Sequence record: DRR723986_2974
Direction: 5' to 3' (one strand)
DNA length: 64,000 nucleotides
Position numbers and translations under genes: made by a program. Of the stretch, positions 1-11,365 are shown piece by piece. Each line of letters begins with the position of its first letter. The stretch's first letter is position 1. The notes under the pieces were generated by a model. It ran no database searches and was not told where the DNA came from. It saw only the letters and a list, made by a program, of their open reading frames with translations.

Positions 1-1
1 C

Positions 2-493
2 GGGCGCACCCGATGCCAGTTCTACAAGGGCAAGGCCGACTGGCGTGCGATTGCAGTTGTCAAGGACGCTATTTCGGTTCCCCTGATCGCCAATGGGGAT
101 TGCAAGAGTGCTGAAGATGCCTTGCGTATGCTTGAGCTTTCCGGCGCTGACGGCGTGATGATTGGCCGGGGCGCATATGGACGTCCCTGGTTGCCGGGCC
201 ACATCGGACATTTTCTGGCAAGTGGCGAACAGCTCAACGCACCAACTGGAACAGAGCTGGCGGAGTTAGTGGCGGAGCACTACGAGGCCATCCTCAGCCA
301 CTACGGTGAGCGGCAGGGTATTCGCATCGCGCGCAAGCATCTCGGTTGGTATCTGGACGAGACAGCGTCTGCTGGCGCGGCCGACATCCCTGGATCTGTC
401 CGCAAGACCCTTATGACTTCCAATCAGCCGTCGGAGGTTATCCGCCTCGCAAGCGACTGGCTTTCTTCCTCGAACAAACGGACAGCAGCTTGA
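2..493 (+). CDS. dusB: tRNA-dihydrouridine synthase B (NifR3), 5' end outside window
   Basis: PLIANGD...[16 protein letters not shown] and ARKHLGWY motifs; sits upstream of ntrB. Confidence 0.93.
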   Translation, partial: GRTRCQFYKGKADWRAIAVVKDAISVPLIANGDCKSAEDALRMLELSGADGVMIGRGAYGRPWLPGHIGHFLASGEQLNAPTGTELAELVAEHYEAILSHYGERQGIRIARKHLGWYLDETASAGAADIPGSVRKTLMTSNQPSEVIRLASDWLSSSNKRTAA

Positions 494-501
494 AGGACAT
501 C

Positions 502-1641
502 ATGTCTCAGACAGGCCGTACGGCCGCGCTTGCCAGTGATGGGCCGACTATACTGGATGCCTTGCCACACCCGGTGCTTCTGGTTGCGCCGGACGGCGTG
601 ATCGAGTCTGCCAACATGGCCGCGGAAATTTTCATGCGGTCCAGTGTATCGGTGCTCCGTCGCCATCCGATCAGCGACTTTGTTCCTTTCGGAAGCCCCT
701 TGCTGACCCTGATCGAGCAGGTGCGCGAACGCAGCGCGCCGGTCAACGAATACAAGGTCGACATCGGTTCTCCGCGTATCGGTGCGCCGAAGGTGGTCGA
801 TATCAACGCTGCACCTGTATCGGAGCGGCCGGGGGCTGTGGTGTTGATGTTCCAGGAACGCACCATGGCGGAAAAGATCGACCGGCAGCTGACGTCCCGT
901 GGAGCGGCCCGCACCGTGACGGGCCTTGCCGCCATGTTGGCGCATGAGATCAAGAACCCGCTGTCAGGAATTCGCGGCGCGGCACAGCTTATAGAGCAGT
1001 CGGTGCCAGCCGAAGACCGGGCGCTGACACGTCTGATCATGGATGAGACCGACAGGATCGTGAAGCTGGTCGACCGGATGGAAGTATTTTCGGACGAACG
1101 ACCGATCGAAAGAGAGCCGGTCAATATTCACGTGGTTCTGGACCACGTGAAGCGCTTGTCGGATTCCGGCTTTGCCCGCGGCAAACGGATTGTGGAGATT
1201 TATGATCCGTCGTTGCCTCCGGTTTATGCCAACAAGGATCAGCTGATTCAGGTTTTCCTGAACCTGATCAAGAATGCCAGCGAAGCGATTGGCGATGATC
1301 CCGATGGTGAAATTCGCGTTTCGACGGCGTTTCGGCCCGGTGTGCGGCTGTCTGTTCCCGGTACCGACGAAAAGGTCAGCCTGCCGCTGGAGTTCTGTGT
1401 TCAAGACAATGGACCGGGCGTTCCGGAAGACCTTCTTCCGCATCTGTTTGAGCCGTTTATCACGACAAAGACCAATGGCTCAGGCCTTGGTCTGGCACTC
1501 GTTGCCAAAATCATTGGTGACCACGGCGGTGTCATCGAATGTGACAGCCAACGCCAGAAGACAGTTTTCCGCATTCTGATGCCCGCGTTCACGGGTGACA
1601 GCACAGCTTCGTCCGACCGGACCAGCAGAGGAACCGAGTAA
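502..1641 (+). CDS. ntrB: Nitrogen regulation histidine kinase NtrB
   Basis: PAS domain, [10 protein letters not shown]-box, GSGLGL G-box; ATG at 502 after AAGGA. Confidence 0.95.
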   Translation: MSQTGRTAALASDGPTILDALPHPVLLVAPDGVIESANMAAEIFMRSSVSVLRRHPISDFVPFGSPLLTLIEQVRERSAPVNEYKVDIGSPRIGAPKVVDINAAPVSERPGAVVLMFQERTMAEKIDRQLTSRGAARTVTGLAAMLAHEIKNPLSGIRGAAQLIEQSVPAEDRALTRLIMDETDRIVKLVDRMEVFSDERPIEREPVNIHVVLDHVKRLSDSGFARGKRIVEIYDPSLPPVYANKDQLIQVFLNLIKNASEAIGDDPDGEIRVSTAFRPGVRLSVPGTDEKVSLPLEFCVQDNGPGVPEDLLPHLFEPFITTKTNGSGLGLALVAKIIGDHGGVIECDSQRQKTVFRILMPAFTGDSTASSDRTSRGTE

Positions 1642-1643
1642 CC

Positions 1644-3083
1644 ATGCCGACGGGCACGATTTTAGTTGCAGACGACGACGCAGCCATCCGCACCGTTCTC
1701 AACCAGGCCCTGTCCAGGGCAGGTTATACGGTGCGGCTGACTTCCAACGCCTCAACGCTCTGGAGATGGGTCTCATCCGGCGATGGCGATCTTGTGATCA
1801 CCGACGTGGTCATGCCGGACGAAAATATCTTCGACGTGTTGCCACGCATGAAAAAGATGCGGCCGGAGTTGCCGGTTCTGGTCATGAGCGCGCAGAACAC
1901 CTTCATGACGGCCATCAAGGCTTCGGAGAAGGGGGCGTATGAATATCTGCCCAAGCCGTTCGACCTGAAGGAGCTGACCAGTATTGTTCAGCGCGCACTG
2001 GAAGAGCCGAAGAAGCGGCCGGCTGTCGATCTTGATGATGCGGGCGAGGGCATGCCACTTGTGGGGCGGTCTCCCGCCATGCAGGAGATCTACCGGGTTC
2101 TTGCACGGTTGATGCAGACCGACCTGACGGTGATGATCAACGGCGAATCCGGTACCGGCAAGGAACTTGTCGCAAGGGCGCTTCATGACTACGGCAAGCG
2201 GCGTAACGGACCTTTTGTTGCCATCAACATGGCGGCTATTCCACGAGACCTCATCGAAGCCGAGTTGTTCGGTCACGAGAAGGGGGCCTTTACCGGAGCA
2301 CAGAACCGCAGCTCCGGCCGTTTTGAACAGGCAGATGGCGGTACATTGTTTCTGGACGAAATCGGCGACATGCCGATGGAAGCTCAAACCAGGTTGCTGC
2401 GCGTCTTGCAGCAGGGCGAATACACGACCGTCGGTGGTCGCACCCCAATCAAGACCGACGTCAGGATCATTGCAGCCACCAACAAGGACCTGCGGCACCT
2501 GATTAATCAGGGCCTTTTCCGTGAAGACCTTTATTTCCGTCTGAATGTGGTTCCGATCCGCCTGCCACCGTTGCGCGAGCGCGTCGAGGACATTCCGGAT
2601 CTGGTGAGGCACTTCTTTACGCTCGTTGAAAAAGAGGGGTTGCCCGCAAAGCAGATCGACCAGGGAGCGCTCAATCTTCTGCGCCGGTATCGCTGGCCCG
2701 GAAACGTACGCGAGCTGGAGAACCTCGTTCGTCGTTTGGCCGCGCTGTATCCGCAGGACGTGATCAGCGAAAACCTGCTGGAGCAGGAGTTGAGTCAGCC
2801 TTCGGTCTCGCCGATGGAAGAGGAATCCCAGGATACCGTCAATCTCGGTGGGTCGGTCGAGCGTTATCTATCCGGCTATTTCGACACGTTCGGCGATGCC
2901 TTGCCGCCTCCCGGCCTCTATCACCGCATCCTGAGGGAAGTGGAGTACCCTCTGATCAGCGCAGCATTGGCGGCGACGCGTGGTAACCAGATCAAGGCGG
3001 CAGAGCTTCTCGGTGTCAACCGGAACACATTGCGCAAGAAGATCCGGGATCTCGACATCCAGGTGATGCGGTCCACCCGATAG
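1644..3083 (+). CDS. ntrC: Nitrogen regulation protein NtrC (sigma54 activator)
   Basis: REC domain, [24 protein letters not shown], Fis-type HTH. Confidence 0.96.
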   Translation: MPTGTILVADDDAAIRTVLNQALSRAGYTVRLTSNASTLWRWVSSGDGDLVITDVVMPDENIFDVLPRMKKMRPELPVLVMSAQNTFMTAIKASEKGAYEYLPKPFDLKELTSIVQRALEEPKKRPAVDLDDAGEGMPLVGRSPAMQEIYRVLARLMQTDLTVMINGESGTGKELVARALHDYGKRRNGPFVAINMAAIPRDLIEAELFGHEKGAFTGAQNRSSGRFEQADGGTLFLDEIGDMPMEAQTRLLRVLQQGEYTTVGGRTPIKTDVRIIAATNKDLRHLINQGLFREDLYFRLNVVPIRLPPLRERVEDIPDLVRHFFTLVEKEGLPAKQIDQGALNLLRRYRWPGNVRELENLVRRLAALYPQDVISENLLEQELSQPSVSPMEEESQDTVNLGGSVERYLSGYFDTFGDALPPPGLYHRILREVEYPLISAALAATRGNQIKAAELLGVNRNTLRKKIRDLDIQVMRSTR

Positions 3084-3110
3084 TTTTTCACGACGGGGCG
3101 GCAAATTGAT

Positions 3111-3142
3111 GCGGTCAGGCCGAAAGGTCTGACCGCTTTTTT
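3111..3142 (+). terminator. Rho-independent terminator after ntrC
   Basis: GCGGTCAGGCC-GAAA-GGTCTGACCGC followed by T6. Confidence 0.85.
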
Positions 3143-3465
3143 GTTCCAGGTGCAGGTTGTCGTGACGAGTGGTCTAGTGATTCACAGGTTGGGAAACCAC
3201 TAAGGAGCGATTTTCGTCCTCAAAATCAACCTGGCTTTATGGGGTCATCTGTAGGAAAATTCCAATTTCAGACGGGGCACTCATTTTGTGAATGCTGCAA
3301 AAAAGAATAACGAATTCAGGTGTGTGCGATAAAGTGATCGCCTGTCCACCGCAAATTTTCTGCGCCTCTTCTGGTCTGTCGCAATTTCGCAACATTGTGT
3401 GATAAGTTTGCCGCAAATACAGCAAGACAGTCCGCATTTGGCGAGCTGAAATCAAAAGAGACCGA

Positions 3466-5730
3466 ATGATACTGGAAGCAGTACAAGAACCCGTCGCTCA
3501 ATCCAGCGCCGCAGGCAAATTCTGGCGGCGCGTGGGTCTTGCGATCATCTTGCTTGCCCTCGTTTCCATCGGTGTCACCTTCGTTATCCTGATGGGGTTG
3601 ACGTCCATCGATCCCACGCGTGAAGTCATCATGGTCGCAATGACCATAAATGGTGCGCTCGCGGCAATTCTCGTGGGTGTTATCGCCTTCGAGATCCTGA
3701 AGTTGTGGCAAGCGCGGCGGCGCGGACGGGCTGCTGCTCGCCTTCACGTGCGGGTCGTGGCCCTGTTCAGCGTGGTTGCTGCTGTGCCGGCCGTTCTCAT
3801 GGCCATTCTGGCGGCGATTACGCTGGACCGCGGCCTTGATCGCTGGTTCGAGGACCGGACGCGTCAGATAATCGACAACGCCCTGACCGTCGCTCAGGCC
3901 TATCTTCAGGAACATGCCAGGGTTCTGCGCGGCGACCTGATCGCCATGACCAACGATATCGACCGGGCGAAGGCGGTTTATGAATTCGAGCCGACCCGTT
4001 TCGATCAGTTCTTTGCAACGCAGGTTTCCCTCCGCGGTATCCTCGCGGCGTTTATCCTGAACGAGAACGGTGAGGTGGTCACCCGCGTCGTCATAGATCC
4101 CAACGCGGAAGTGCCGCTGCCGCCTGCCGACAGTTTCTTCAAGGCGAAATCCGGAGATCCTATCCTGATCGCACCGGGAAGTTCCAACCTTGTCGGCGGT
4201 GTCATGAAATTGTCCGCCTATGACAATTTCTATCTCTATGCCGTTCGCGCCATCGACCCGCGCGTTGTCGAATATCTGCGTCTTGCAGAGACGGGTGCTT
4301 CGCAATACCAGCAGATGGAGAATAGCCGCTTTGGCGTCCAGGTGGCCTTTGCGCTGGTCTATCTCGGCGTAGCGCTGGTGTTGCTCTTGTCGGCAATCTG
4401 GATAGGTTTCGGGTTTGCCAATCGGCTTGTGTCGCCGATCCGAACGTTGATTTCGGCAGCGGACGAGGTGTCCAAAGGCAATCTTGTCGTCAAGGTTCCG
4501 ACCGAGAAATCCGGTGGTGACCTCGCCAACCTGGGCGAAACCTTCAACAAGATGACCGGTCAGCTTCTCGGGCAGCGTGATGCGCTTCTGGCGGCAAACG
4601 AACAGATCGACCGCCGCCGCCGCTTCAACGAAGCGGTTCTTTCCGGAGTGTCCACCGGCGTCATTGGCGTTGACGATGAAGCCTCGATCATGCTGATCAA
4701 CCGCTCCGCCCTGGAATTGCTGCAGCTGGATGAAGTGCAGATCCTCAACAAGTCTCTGATCGAGGTGGTGCCGGAGCTGAACGACTGCATTTCCGATGTC
4801 TTGAAGAATGACAGTGACAGGGTTCCGGAAACGCAGATCGAGATCACGCGGGGCGGACGCCTGCGAACGATCAACGTGCGTATAACGAGGGAGCAGTCTA
4901 CCCGACGCGAACATGGTTTTGTGGTGACGCTGGATGACATTACAGATCTGGTTTCGGCACAGCGCAATTCGGCCTGGGCGGATGTTGCCCGGCGCATCGC
5001 GCATGAAATCAAGAATCCGCTGACACCGATTCAGCTCTCGGCAGAACGCATCCGTCGCCGCTACGGCAAACGCATCGAGGAGGACCGGGAAGTCTTCGAT
5101 CAATGCATCGACACCATTGTTCGGCAGGTGGGCGATATCGGCCAGATGGTGGACGAGTTCTCGTCCTTCGCCCGCATGCGCAAGCCAACGAAGACATCTG
5201 GAGATCTGCGCGAGGCGGTGCGCGATGCGGCGTTCATGCAGTCGGTGGCAAATCCGGAAATCAGTGTTACCGCGGATGTTCCGTCCAGTCCGGTAACGGC
5301 CGTCTTTGACGCGCGCCTGGTTGGCCAGGCTCTGACCAATGTGGTCAAGAATGCTGCGGAGGCGGTGAGTGCGCGTATCGGAGACGATTTGCCCAAAGGC
5401 AAGGTGACCGTGCATTTGCGCGGTGAACTGGAAGACGGCAGCGGCCGGATCGTGATTGATGTCATCGACAATGGCATCGGGCTGCCGGAAGAAAATCGCA
5501 GCCGGCTTTTGGAACCCTACATGACAACCCGGGAGAAGGGGACGGGCCTTGGCCTTGCCATCGTCCGCAAGATCCTGGAAGACCACGGCGGTGGCATCGA
5601 ATTGCTCGACGCCCCCAAAACCAACCCAGAGGACACGGGCACGCTCGTTCGACTGACATTGGCAGCACATGCCGAGATCGAGCCGGAGACCGACCTGCAA
5701 AACCAGACTGTGACTGCCCATGGCGCATGA
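3466..5730 (+). CDS. ntrY: Sensor histidine kinase NtrY
   Basis: TM segments, [33 protein letters not shown]. Confidence 0.95.
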   Translation: MILEAVQEPVAQSSAAGKFWRRVGLAIILLALVSIGVTFVILMGLTSIDPTREVIMVAMTINGALAAILVGVIAFEILKLWQARRRGRAAARLHVRVVALFSVVAAVPAVLMAILAAITLDRGLDRWFEDRTRQIIDNALTVAQAYLQEHARVLRGDLIAMTNDIDRAKAVYEFEPTRFDQFFATQVSLRGILAAFILNENGEVVTRVVIDPNAEVPLPPADSFFKAKSGDPILIAPGSSNLVGGVMKLSAYDNFYLYAVRAIDPRVVEYLRLAETGASQYQQMENSRFGVQVAFALVYLGVALVLLLSAIWIGFGFANRLVSPIRTLISAADEVSKGNLVVKVPTEKSGGDLANLGETFNKMTGQLLGQRDALLAANEQIDRRRRFNEAVLSGVSTGVIGVDDEASIMLINRSALELLQLDEVQILNKSLIEVVPELNDCISDVLKNDSDRVPETQIEITRGGRLRTINVRITREQSTRREHGFVVTLDDITDLVSAQRNSAWADVARRIAHEIKNPLTPIQLSAERIRRRYGKRIEEDREVFDQCIDTIVRQVGDIGQMVDEFSSFARMRKPTKTSGDLREAVRDAAFMQSVANPEISVTADVPSSPVTAVFDARLVGQALTNVVKNAAEAVSARIGDDLPKGKVTVHLRGELEDGSGRIVIDVIDNGIGLPEENRSRLLEPYMTTREKGTGLGLAIVRKILEDHGGGIELLDAPKTNPEDTGTLVRLTLAAHAEIEPETDLQNQTVTAHGA

Positions 5731-7087
5731 TATTCTTGTCGTAGACGACGAAACCGATATTCGGGAAATGATTGCCGGCATCCTGGATGATGACGGTTAT
5801 GGAACGCGGACCGCGCACGATTCAGACAGCGCCCTGGCCGCAGTGAAGGAGCGCAAGCCTTCGCTTGTCATTTTGGATATCTGGTTGATGGGAAGCCGCC
5901 TCGACGGCCTGGCTCTGCTCGATATCTTCCGTGAAACGGATCCTGAAATGCCGGTCGTGATCATCTCCGGTCACGGCAACATTGAAACAGCGGTCTCTGC
6001 CATCAAGCGCGGGGCCTACGATTACATTGAAAAGCCGTTCAAGGCAGACCGGCTGGTTCATATCGTCGAGCGCGCCCTGGAGGCTTCCAGCCTGAAACGT
6101 GAAATCCGCGATCTGAAGCAGCGCAGCGGCGAAACCAGTGAAATCATTGGCAATTCCTCTGCTGCCCACAACCTTCGGCAAACCATCCAGAAGATTGCGG
6201 GAACGAACAGTCGTATCCTGATCGTCGGTCCTTCCGGTGCGGGCAAGGAACGTGCCGCTCGGATGATTCACGACATGTCGCCGCGTGCCAAAAGCCCGTT
6301 CGTCGTGCTGAACGCTGCAACCATCACGCCGTCGCGGATGGAAGAAGAACTTTTCGGCATCGAGGATGAGAACGGCAATCTGCGCAAGATTGGTGCGCTT
6401 GAAGAAGCACATGGCGGTACGCTTTACCTCGACGAAGTCGCCGACATGCCCGCCGAAACCCAGGGGAAAATCCTGCGGGTTCTCGTAGAGCAGAGCTTCG
6501 CCCGTGTTGGAGGGACACAGAAGGTTCAGGTCGACATTCGCATCCTGTCCTCGACATCGAAAAATCTCGAGGAACACATTGCATCGGGCCTGTTCCGGCA
6601 GGATCTCTACCACCGTCTGAGCGTGGTTCCCCTGCGTGTGCCCGGCCTTGCAGAACGACGTGAGGATATTCCGGTATTGGTGCATCACTTCATGCACCAG
6701 ATTTCCGGTGCTTCGGGCATTCCGCAAAGGCCTATCGGTGATGACGCCATGGCGGTTCTGCAAACGCATGACTGGCCGGGCAACGTGCGTCAGTTACGCA
6801 ACAACGTCGAACGACTGATGATTCTGAGCCGCGGCGATCCGGACAGCACCATCACCGCGGACCTGCTGCCAGCGGAAATCGGAGAAACTCTGCCGAGCCT
6901 GCCCACGTCAGGTACGGGAGAACACCTGATGTCCGTGCCTCTTCGCGAGGCCCGGGAGATCTTCGAGCGTGAATATCTTCAGGCTCAAATCAAGAGATTT
7001 GACGGGAACATCTCGCGGACTGCCGAATTTGTCGGTATGGAACGGTCTGCGCTTCACCGGAAGCTGAAAACCCTGGGCATGACCTGA
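5720..7087 (+). CDS. ntrX: Response regulator NtrX
   Basis: REC + AAA+ lacking GAFTGA, C-terminal GMERSALHRKLK; follows ntrY. Confidence 0.95.
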   Translation: MAHDILVVDDETDIREMIAGILDDDGYGTRTAHDSDSALAAVKERKPSLVILDIWLMGSRLDGLALLDIFRETDPEMPVVIISGHGNIETAVSAIKRGAYDYIEKPFKADRLVHIVERALEASSLKREIRDLKQRSGETSEIIGNSSAAHNLRQTIQKIAGTNSRILIVGPSGAGKERAARMIHDMSPRAKSPFVVLNAATITPSRMEEELFGIEDENGNLRKIGALEEAHGGTLYLDEVADMPAETQGKILRVLVEQSFARVGGTQKVQVDIRILSSTSKNLEEHIASGLFRQDLYHRLSVVPLRVPGLAERREDIPVLVHHFMHQISGASGIPQRPIGDDAMAVLQTHDWPGNVRQLRNNVERLMILSRGDPDSTITADLLPAEIGETLPSLPTSGTGEHLMSVPLREAREIFEREYLQAQIKRFDGNISRTAEFVGMERSALHRKLKTLGMT

Positions 7088-7137
7088 GGCACTTCGGGAA
7101 GCGATAGGTAACGGCAAGGCGGGAAAGGGATCTTTCC

Positions 7138-8514
7138 ATGAAAATCGTGATTTGCGGCGCGGGGCAGGTGGGCTACGGCATTGCCGAGCGTCTGGCTGCG
7201 GAACAGAACGACGTGTCCGTTATCGATTCTTCTCCCCAACTGATCAACGCCATTGGCGATCAGCTGGACGTGCGTGGCTTTGTCGGGCACGGCGCACATC
7301 CGGACGTTCTTGCACAGGCCGGGGCCGAAGAGGCCGACATGATTGTTGCCGTCACGCTTTATGACGAGGTCAACATGGTGGCCTGTCAGGTGGCGCATTC
7401 GCTCTTCAACGTTCCCACGAAGGTCGCCCGTATCCGGGCGCAATCCTATTTGCAGGGGCGCTGGCGCAATCTGTTTTCGCGCGACCACATGCCGATCGAC
7501 GTGATCATCTCGCCAGAAATCGAAGTTGGCGAGATGGTGCTGCGTCGTCTGGCGCTTCCGGGCGCCGTCGAGACTGTCCGGTTTGCCGACGACCAGGTTG
7601 TTGTCGTCGGGATCATGTGCGAGGAGGACTGCCCGGTAGTTGACACTCCCTTGCGCCAGCTTACCGAACTCTTCCCGGACCTTGGGGCCGTTGTCGTCGG
7701 CCTTTATCGCAATAACAGGTTGTTTGTTCCAAAGAGCAGTGATTCCATTCTGACGGGTGATCTTGCCTATGTGGTTGCCCGCCGCGACCAGGTTCGCAGA
7801 ACGCTGAGCATTTTCGGCCACGAGGAACCGGAAGCGGCCCGTGTCGTGATTTGTGGTGGCGGCAACATCGGGCTCTATGTCGCCAAGGCACTTGAACAGC
7901 GTCAGTCCGGAACGAAGATCAAGCTTATCGAAGCTTCCCGTGAGCGGGCGATGGCTGTTGCCGATGAGTTGAAGCGATCGGTCATCCTGCATGGCAGCGC
8001 GCTGGATCAGACGATCCTGAATGAAGCCGATGCCGGCGATGCCGATACCATGGTGGCTCTCACCAACGAGGATGAAGTCAACATTCTGTCTTCCGTCATG
8101 GCGAAGAAGCTTGGCTGCAAACGCTCCTTGTCGCTGTTGAACAATCCGAGTTACCCGGCTTTTGCCAATGCGCTGGGGATTGATGCGTTTATCAACCCGC
8201 GCGCCGTAACCATCTCTCGTATTCTCCAGCACGTGCGACGTGGTCGTATCCGCGGCGTTCATTCGCTTCAGAACGGGGCTGCGGAAATTGTCGAGGCGGA
8301 AGCGCTGGATACGTCGCCGCTGGTCGGCAAGCCGCTTAGGGTTATCGATCTGCCGTCCGGTATCCGCATTGGTGCGGTTTTCCGCGGCGGCGAGGTGCTT
8401 ACGCCTAATGGTGACCTGCAGATTCAGGCGCAAGACCGTATCGTGATCTTCGCGGTTGCGAACCGCGTGCGCCAGGTAGAACAGATGTTCCGCGTCAGCC
8501 TTGACTTCTTTTAA
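7138..8514 (+). CDS. trkA: Trk potassium uptake NAD-binding subunit
   Basis: Two RCK/Rossmann motifs (GAGQVG, GGGNIG), 458 aa. Confidence 0.95.
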   Translation: MKIVICGAGQVGYGIAERLAAEQNDVSVIDSSPQLINAIGDQLDVRGFVGHGAHPDVLAQAGAEEADMIVAVTLYDEVNMVACQVAHSLFNVPTKVARIRAQSYLQGRWRNLFSRDHMPIDVIISPEIEVGEMVLRRLALPGAVETVRFADDQVVVVGIMCEEDCPVVDTPLRQLTELFPDLGAVVVGLYRNNRLFVPKSSDSILTGDLAYVVARRDQVRRTLSIFGHEEPEAARVVICGGGNIGLYVAKALEQRQSGTKIKLIEASRERAMAVADELKRSVILHGSALDQTILNEADAGDADTMVALTNEDEVNILSSVMAKKLGCKRSLSLLNNPSYPAFANALGIDAFINPRAVTISRILQHVRRGRIRGVHSLQNGAAEIVEAEALDTSPLVGKPLRVIDLPSGIRIGAVFRGGEVLTPNGDLQIQAQDRIVIFAVANRVRQVEQMFRVSLDFF

Positions 8515-8617
8515 GGCTGAGTGGCTTCTTTCTGGCCTTGCTTTTGTCTGACCGAAAGGTCAAAACTTTCAAAAATACCAATCGGTTCGTTTCGAACCGT
8601 CCTGTTCTGGAGGAACC

Positions 8618-9481
8618 ATGAGCCGGATTGCCTATGTCAACGGCCAGTATGTACGTCATGCCGATGCTGCGGTGCATGTTGAAGACCGCGGTTATCAGTT
8701 TGCCGATGGCGTTTATGAAGTCTGTGAAGTCTGGCAGGGCAAGATCGTCGACGTACCGCGCCATCTGGACCGCCTTGGCCGGTCCTTGAGTGAGCTGCGC
8801 ATAGACTGGCCAATGGCTCGCAACGCCGTGGAATTCGTGCTGCATCAGGTAGTCCGTCGGAATCTGGTTCGCAACGGACTGGTTTATATTCAGGTGACAC
8901 GCGGTGTTTCCAAGCGCGATCACTTCTTCCCGCCGGCGCATGTTGCGCCGTCTATCGTGGTGACCGCCCGTTCGTCCAGCCCGACTGCCGCCAAGGCACA
9001 GGCCGAACAGGGTATCTCGGTGTTCAGTTATCCGGAAAACCGTTGGCCGCGCGTCGATATCAAGACCGTTGCGCTTTTGCCGAACGTGCTGGCGAAACAG
9101 AACGCCAAGGAACAGGGCGGCAAGGAAGCCTGGTATGTGGATGCCGACGGCAATGTCACCGAAGGCGGATCCACCAACGCCTGGATCGTTACCAAGGAAG
9201 GCGTTTTGGTCACCCGGCCGGCCGAGAGCGGAATCCTGCGCGGTATTACACGCGCCGTGGTTCTCGATCTCGTCCAAAAGGAAGGGCTGACGTTTGAGGA
9301 AAGACCGTTTAGCCTTGAAGAAGCTTTCGATGCGAAGGAAGCATTCGTCACGGCAGCGACGACTGTTGTGATGCCTGTGACACGTTTGGACGGCAGGATT
9401 ATCGGAAACGGTCATCCTGGATCGGTGGCAACCCGATTGCGCGAATTGTTCCATACTGCTACTGATTTGCAGGCGGTATGA
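8618..9481 (+). CDS. dat: D-amino-acid aminotransferase (class IV)
   Basis: EDRGYQFADGVYE, DIKT, ILRGITR motifs. Confidence 0.88.
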   Translation: MSRIAYVNGQYVRHADAAVHVEDRGYQFADGVYEVCEVWQGKIVDVPRHLDRLGRSLSELRIDWPMARNAVEFVLHQVVRRNLVRNGLVYIQVTRGVSKRDHFFPPAHVAPSIVVTARSSSPTAAKAQAEQGISVFSYPENRWPRVDIKTVALLPNVLAKQNAKEQGGKEAWYVDADGNVTEGGSTNAWIVTKEGVLVTRPAESGILRGITRAVVLDLVQKEGLTFEERPFSLEEAFDAKEAFVTAATTVVMPVTRLDGRIIGNGHPGSVATRLRELFHTATDLQAV

Positions 9482-9671
9482 TTCGATTGGCCTTATTGGG
9501 TCGAAAGTACGAAACTATTTTAGACCGAGGCAGACGGTCTTGACTGGTGGGCTATACGAAAAGCGGGCGGTGCGTCAAACATTAGTCATTGATACTGAAC
9601 GGCTTTTGACGGTAGGCTGCTGAAACGCCGGATGCTCGGCCGCATCCGGGGCAAATAGGATAAAAAGACTG

Positions 9672-9926
9672 ATGGCTGAGCGCGCACAAAATCTCCAAGA
9701 CACTTTTCTTAATCACGTTCGCAAGCAAAAAACTCCTCTGACGATTTTTCTGATCAATGGTGTGAAATTGCAGGGTGTCGTGACATGGTTCGACAACTTC
9801 TGCGTTCTGCTGCGTCGTGATGGGCATTCCCAGCTGGTTTACAAACACGCGATTTCCACAATTATGCCAAACGGACCTGTTCAACTGTTCGATCAGGCTG
9901 AGGAAAACGCTGAAAAGGCAAGCTGA
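9672..9926 (+). CDS. hfq: RNA chaperone Hfq
   Basis: LQDTFLN...NGVKLQG...[11 protein letters not shown]. Confidence 0.98.
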   Translation: MAERAQNLQDTFLNHVRKQKTPLTIFLINGVKLQGVVTWFDNFCVLLRRDGHSQLVYKHAISTIMPNGPVQLFDQAEENAEKAS

Positions 9927-11327
9927 TTGAAACCGAAGTCTCGCGCAGACGATTTTTCTAAATCCAACGGTTCCGAGGAACCTGGCCAGAAATCTCTAAG
10001 GTTGAAAGATACTGGGGTAGACCGTCTGCCCCAGCCTTTCCGTGCGATGATTCTGGAGCCGGTTCTGCAATTGCGTGGCGAGTCCGCGCAGGCAGAACTT
10101 CGCGGCAATCGCAGCCCGGAAGCGCGGCTGGAAGAAGCCCTCGGCCTAAGTGCTGCCATCAATCTCAATATCGCGCATTCCGGCGTTGTCCGGGTCAACA
10201 ATCCCAAGCCTGCAACCCTGTTTGGTGATGGCAAGGTTGCCGAGCTTGCCGGTATCGTTGCAAGCGAGGATCTGGATCTTGTTGTCATAGATCATCCGCT
10301 TACCCCGGTTCAGCAGCGAAACCTTGAACGCCGGCTGAAGACCAAGGTCATCGACCGTACCGGTCTTATCCTGGAGATCTTCGGCGACAGGGCCCGCACC
10401 AAGGAAGGTCGGCTTCAGGTCGATCTGGCGCATCTGACCTGGCAGAAGAGCCGTCTCGTCCGCTCCTGGACCCACCTTGAGCGCCAGCGCGGCGGCGCAG
10501 GTTTCATGGGTGGTCCGGGTGAAACCCAGATCGAGGCCGACCGGCGCCAGATTCAGGACCGGATCATTGCGCTGCAGAAACAGCTGGAACAGGTTCGCCG
10601 GACGCGTGACCTGCACCGCAAGAAACGCAAGAAAATCCCGCAGCCGGTTGTTGCGCTGGTCGGTTATACCAATGCCGGTAAATCGACGCTTTTCAATCGG
10701 ATGACCGAATCTGACGTTTTTGCCAAGGATCTTCTGTTCGCCACGCTCGATCCGACCTTGCGCAAGGTAGCCTTGCCGCATGGCAAGGAAGTCATCCTGT
10801 CGGATACGGTGGGGTTCATCTCCGATCTTCCTACCCATCTGGTCGCCGCATTCCGGGCGACGCTGGAAGAGGTGCTTGAAGCGGATCTCATCCTGCATGT
10901 GCGGGACATTTCGCATCCGGACACCGAAGCGCAGGCAGAAGACGTCAAGAAGACGCTTACCGATCTTGGTGTTGACGCGTTGACGGGCGCGCCGATCATC
11001 GAAGTCTGGAACAAGATCGACTGCCTTGATCCGGCTTACCGCGAAAAGTTGCTGGAAGATGCCGGTGAAGAGGGGCCGATTGCCCTTTCCGCGCTGACCG
11101 GCGAAGGGATCGAGCAGCTTTATGCCCGTGTCGATGCTTTCATGGCGCAGAACGACGACATCCTGACTGTGAAGATCCCCGTTGCCGATGGCGCTCTGCT
11201 GGCGAAACTTTATCAGATGGCAGAGGTGCTAGAACGCACCGATGCTGAAGATTTCGTAACGGCGGAAGTGCGCGTTTCCGACAAGCAACGTGGCCCGTTT
11301 CGCGAGCTTTATGCCGCTTATCTTTAG
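9927..11327 (+). CDS. hflX: GTPase HflX (start uncertain)
   Basis: GPGETQIEADRR, GYTNAGKS, LFATLD, DTVGF, NKID. Confidence 0.96.
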   Translation: MKPKSRADDFSKSNGSEEPGQKSLRLKDTGVDRLPQPFRAMILEPVLQLRGESAQAELRGNRSPEARLEEALGLSAAINLNIAHSGVVRVNNPKPATLFGDGKVAELAGIVASEDLDLVVIDHPLTPVQQRNLERRLKTKVIDRTGLILEIFGDRARTKEGRLQVDLAHLTWQKSRLVRSWTHLERQRGGAGFMGGPGETQIEADRRQIQDRIIALQKQLEQVRRTRDLHRKKRKKIPQPVVALVGYTNAGKSTLFNRMTESDVFAKDLLFATLDPTLRKVALPHGKEVILSDTVGFISDLPTHLVAAFRATLEEVLEADLILHVRDISHPDTEAQAEDVKKTLTDLGVDALTGAPIIEVWNKIDCLDPAYREKLLEDAGEEGPIALSALTGEGIEQLYARVDAFMAQNDDILTVKIPVADGALLAKLYQMAEVLERTDAEDFVTAEVRVSDKQRGPFRELYAAYL

Positions 11328-11365
11328 TTAGTCGGATAGAAAGCCGGAACGAGCCGAGCAGGGAA

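Noticed and set aside
3316-5781. 821-aa minus-strand ORF, and similar long ORFs at 7054-8433, 52679-53896 and 54967-56703
   Set aside because: Antisense shadows of well-supported genes in GC-rich DNA; no recognisable motifs
5720-7087. NtrX lacks GAFTGA
   Set aside because: Normal for NtrX proteins
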